A DNA stretch of 46,096 nucleotides from Minisyncoccota bacterium. Lineage in GTDB: Bacteria > Patescibacteriota > Minisyncoccia > Phycocordibacterales > Phycocordibacteraceae. The stretch is taken from NCBI GenBank assembly GCA_036405415.1, contig DASWXP010000002.1, positions 1 through 46,096 of the forward strand, given 5' to 3'. Made by a program: the position numbers and the translations under genes. The notes under the pieces were generated by a model. The model was not told where the DNA came from and searched no databases. It worked only from the letters and a program-made list of their open reading frames with translations. Position 1 is the stretch's first letter. Every line of letters begins with the position of its first letter. Positions 43,788-46,096 of the stretch are shown one piece after another.

Positions 43788-44822
43788 ATGCCCATCCAGA
43801 AAGGCGCTGCAGCCGTCGACATCAACAACCGCAAGGTTATAAACGGCAAGGATGCCGACGTGATGCAGCTCTACCCGATGCGCCACACGTTCGCGTGGGA
43901 CGCGTACATGGCCGGAAACGCCAACCACTGGCTCCCGACCGAGATCTCGATGCAGCGCGACATCGAGCAGTGGAAGTCCACGACCGTGCTCTCGGATGAC
44001 GAGCGCAAGGCGTTCGAGACCGTGCTCGGCTTCTTCACGACCGCGGACTCTATCGCAGCCAACAACGTAGTGCTCGCGCTCTACAAGCACATCACGAGCC
44101 CTGAGTGCCGCATGTATCTCCTGCGTCAGGGATACGAAGAGGCGATCCATACGCACGCGTACCAGTACATCGTGGAGAGTCTCGGCATGGATGAGAGCCG
44201 CATCTTCAACATGTACCGCGAGATGGACGCCATCTACAACAAGGACAACATGGTGCTCTCCCTTAACGAGGGAATCTTCGATCCTGAGTTCAAGACGGGT
44301 ACGTTCGAGAACGATCAGAAGTTCCTTGAGAACCTCATCGTCTTCTCGCTCGTGCTCGAGGGCATCTTCTTCTACTCGTCGTTCGCGGTTATGTTCGGCT
44401 TCCAGCGCCAGAACAAGCTCACGGGCGCGGCAGAGCAGATCCAGTACATCATGCGTGACGAGTCGCAGCACCTCAACTTCGGCATCAACCTCATCAATAC
44501 GATCAAGGAGGAGCAGCCGGAGCTATGGAGCCCTGAGTTCCAGGCGCACGTGATCGACCTCATCAAGCGCGCGGTTGTCCTTGAGTACACGTTCGCGACC
44601 GAAGTCTTCCCGAAGGGCATCTTCGGCATGAACGCGCAGGGCTTCAAGCAGTACATCGAGCACATCGCGGACCGCCGTCTCCAGTCCGTAGGGCTCCCGA
44701 AGCAGTACAACGTGGAGAACCCGTTCACCTGGATGAGCGAGGCTGTTGACCTCAACAAGGAGAAGAACTTCTTCGAGACCCGCGTGACCGAATACAAGGT
44801 TGGCGGGCAGTTGAACTGGTAA
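43788..44822 (+). CDS. nrdB: Class I ribonucleotide reductase beta subunit
   Basis: Di-iron ligand motifs EEAIHTHAYQYI and RDESQHLNFG. It lies 47 nt downstream of nrdA. Confidence 0.93.
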   Translation: MPIQKGAAAVDINNRKVINGKDADVMQLYPMRHTFAWDAYMAGNANHWLPTEISMQRDIEQWKSTTVLSDDERKAFETVLGFFTTADSIAANNVVLALYKHITSPECRMYLLRQGYEEAIHTHAYQYIVESLGMDESRIFNMYREMDAIYNKDNMVLSLNEGIFDPEFKTGTFENDQKFLENLIVFSLVLEGIFFYSSFAVMFGFQRQNKLTGAAEQIQYIMRDESQHLNFGINLINTIKEEQPELWSPEFQAHVIDLIKRAVVLEYTFATEVFPKGIFGMNAQGFKQYIEHIADRRLQSVGLPKQYNVENPFTWMSEAVDLNKEKNFFETRVTEYKVGGQLNW

Positions 44823-44824
44823 AG

Positions 44825-44850
44825 AAAAGGCCGCGCATGCGGCCTTTTTC
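44825..44850 (+). terminator. Intrinsic terminator after nrdB
   Basis: AAAAGGCCGC-GCAT-GCGGCCTTTTT. Confidence 0.85.
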
Positions 44851-44867
44851 CTAACACAAAGAAACTT

Positions 44868-45347
44868 ATGAATATCGTGGACTACCTCATCATTATCGCC
44901 ACATTCTCAGCCATACAATTTCTGGCCGCTACATGGGTGAAGGGCAAGATCGAGACTTCGATCAAGCACGCATATGATAAGAAATTCCTAGAGTACCAAC
45001 ATCAGCTTGCAAGGAGGCAAAAGTCAGAGCAGCTTGCTTATGCGTTTGCGAGATGGATTAAATACAGAGGAGCAGAGGAGAAATGGCTCTCTGAAAGAGA
45101 GCTCGTCGATTACTATGAAGAACTCACGCGTCTATCCTATGAGTTGATTCTATATCTGGAGGACGAAACCTTGCTTACCGAAGTAATGAAGAAGTTCCAG
45201 AACCTAGATGATTCAAAGAGTACCGAGCAGATTATTGTAGAGGTGAGGAAGCTACTTCAAGGCAAGGAAGACAACCTGTTTACCTTTGAGAATGTGGTCT
45301 CTTGGCCTAAGGACATATCGTTCCTTACAAGAGGACCGCGTTCCTAA
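44868..45347 (+). CDS. Hypothetical protein (159 aa) with an N-terminal TM helix; low-GC orphan
   Basis: Hand GC counts give about 43-45%. The N-terminus IVDYLIIIATFSAIQFLAATWV is hydrophobic and the rest is charged and helical. No family was recognised. Confidence 0.55.
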   Translation: MNIVDYLIIIATFSAIQFLAATWVKGKIETSIKHAYDKKFLEYQHQLARRQKSEQLAYAFARWIKYRGAEEKWLSERELVDYYEELTRLSYELILYLEDETLLTEVMKKFQNLDDSKSTEQIIVEVRKLLQGKEDNLFTFENVVSWPKDISFLTRGPRS

Positions 45348-45353
45348 CTGCAT

Positions 45354-45656
45354 TCACTTCTTACCCCAACGCCACTTCGGCTCCTCGCCCCATTTCGTGC
45401 AGATCCTGAAGAGGGAATAGGACAGGAGGGCGATAACCGCCAGGAACTCGAGGACCCCGAAGGCGATATCGCGGAAGCCGACCTTAGCCTCTGCGGCAGC
45501 ACCGATCCACCCGAAGAATACGAGGAAGGAAACGGTGAACAGGAGAGCGAAAAGCACGGTCACGGCCCATCCTTGCCAGGAGATAGGGAACCAGCCCCAG
45601 CCGTATTCCTTGGCGCGGAACCAGAGCTTCCGAACCTTCCTTTTGTGTTCGCTCAT
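45354..45656 (-). CDS. Small membrane protein (about 100 aa)
   Basis: Track ORF (TTG start) is trimmed to ATG ending at 45656 (MSEHKRKVRKLWFRAKEYGWGWFPISWQGW). Two TM helices. TATTAT lies 6 nt upstream of the ATG on the minus strand, suggesting a possible leaderless mRNA. Confidence 0.6.
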   Translation of the reverse strand: MSEHKRKVRKLWFRAKEYGWGWFPISWQGWAVTVLFALLFTVSFLVFFGWIGAAAEAKVGFRDIAFGVLEFLAVIALLSYSLFRICTKWGEEPKWRWGKK

Positions 45657-45758
45657 GGGCTTATAATACAGCAAATAGGCGGTTTTTCAACCCTTCTGGG
45701 GGTCTTGACGAGCCTGAAATGAACCCTTCCTGAACATGAAGAAATTGCTTTCCAACGC

Positions 45759-45787
45759 TTGACAGAGGATGTCAAATGGGCTACTAT
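45759..45787 (+). promoter_or_regulatory. Sigma-70-like promoter
   Basis: TTGACA, 17 nt, then TACTAT. It is followed by the leader hairpin GGCCGTCC-GAAA-GGGCGGCC (45799..45818) and then ATG 45827. Confidence 0.55.
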
Positions 45788-45826
45788 GGGCCTTGTCAGG
45801 CCGTCCGAAAGGGCGGCCTTTCATTT

Positions 45827-46096
45827 ATGCCAGTTATCGCAGTAGTAGCCCTTATGGGCTTCTTGTTCTCACCGGGCAGCGCAGGCGCCCCGGCATACGC
45901 AGAGACGGTCTCTGCGCCGGTGGCGGTCTCGCAGGAGGCTGAAGAGCCTTCCAAACGCCTGGCCACCTCTAAGGAGGCGGCCTACACCTACACGGTGAGC
46001 ATGACCGCGTATAATGCTGTTCCAGGTCAGACGGATAGTAACCCATTCGTCACGGCCAGCGGCATGTATACGCACACGGATGTCGTCGCAGCACGC
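45827..46096 (+). CDS. 3D-domain (RlpA/MltA-like DPBB) secreted protein, 3' end truncated by the window
   Basis: My own translation from ATG 45827 stays open to the window end (90 codons). Signal-like MPVIAVVALMGFLFSPGSAGA, then MTAYNAVPGQTDSNPFVTASG. The ORF is not in the track because it has no stop. Confidence 0.7.
   Translation, partial: MPVIAVVALMGFLFSPGSAGAPAYAETVSAPVAVSQEAEEPSKRLATSKEAAYTYTVSMTAYNAVPGQTDSNPFVTASGMYTHTDVVAAR

Overview
This is about 46 kb of a gene-dense, high-GC bacterial chromosome. Hand counts on sample lines give roughly 60-65% GC. The gene content and compact operons suggest a small-genome lineage, possibly Patescibacteria/CPR-like, but that is an unverified inference.

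Recognisable core genes, left to right:
- peroxiredoxin, glutamate dehydrogenase, GFA-family protein
- RNase R (minus strand)
- rpsP, KH-domain protein, trmD
- a membrane protein
- rpoB, rpoC
- dnaG, rpoD
- a UvrD-family helicase fused to a PD-(D/E)xK nuclease
- a DksA/TraR zinc-finger protein
- on the minus strand: an orphan ORF, a DsbA-like protein, a small ORF, a DEDDy exonuclease, hisS, a bPH membrane protein, a small membrane protein, prmC
- a DUF1360 protein, an RRM/RGG RNA-binding protein, an orphan ORF
- a minus-strand operon of TerC/DUF475-like, FAD-linked oxidase and alternative-oxidase-like genes
- a membrane protein, GtrA
- an ABC-2 exporter pair
- an OmpR-type response regulator with its histidine kinase
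- class I ribonucleotide reductase nrdA-nrdB
- a low-GC orphan ORF, a small membrane protein, and a partial 3D-domain protein at the right edge

I recognised no rRNA, tRNA, CRISPR array, integrase or transposase.

The clearest accessory element is a ~4.5-kb low-GC island (about 35-42% GC, 16741..21245) between rpoD and the UvrD-like gene. It carries a tight HTH-Mod-Res cassette that looks Type III restriction-modification-like. Its parts are recognisable families, so novelty is modest.

The less explained signals are non-coding or motif-level:
- a promoter, ~255-nt structured leader and intrinsic terminator directly upstream of hisS, an attenuator with no clear T-box core
- a 633-bp hairpin-dense spacer upstream of nrdA, with a minus-strand terminator and a B12-box-like string
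- an orphan plus-strand terminator between rnr and rpsP
- a perfect 20-bp palindrome in the rpoB leader
- a DnaG with 3 of its 4 zinc ligands replaced
- a DsbA-like protein with SxxS in place of CxxC
- an alternative-oxidase-like gene coupled to an FAD oxidase

Many long ORFs in the supplied track are antisense or out-of-frame shadows of conserved genes, as expected at this GC content, and were not called.
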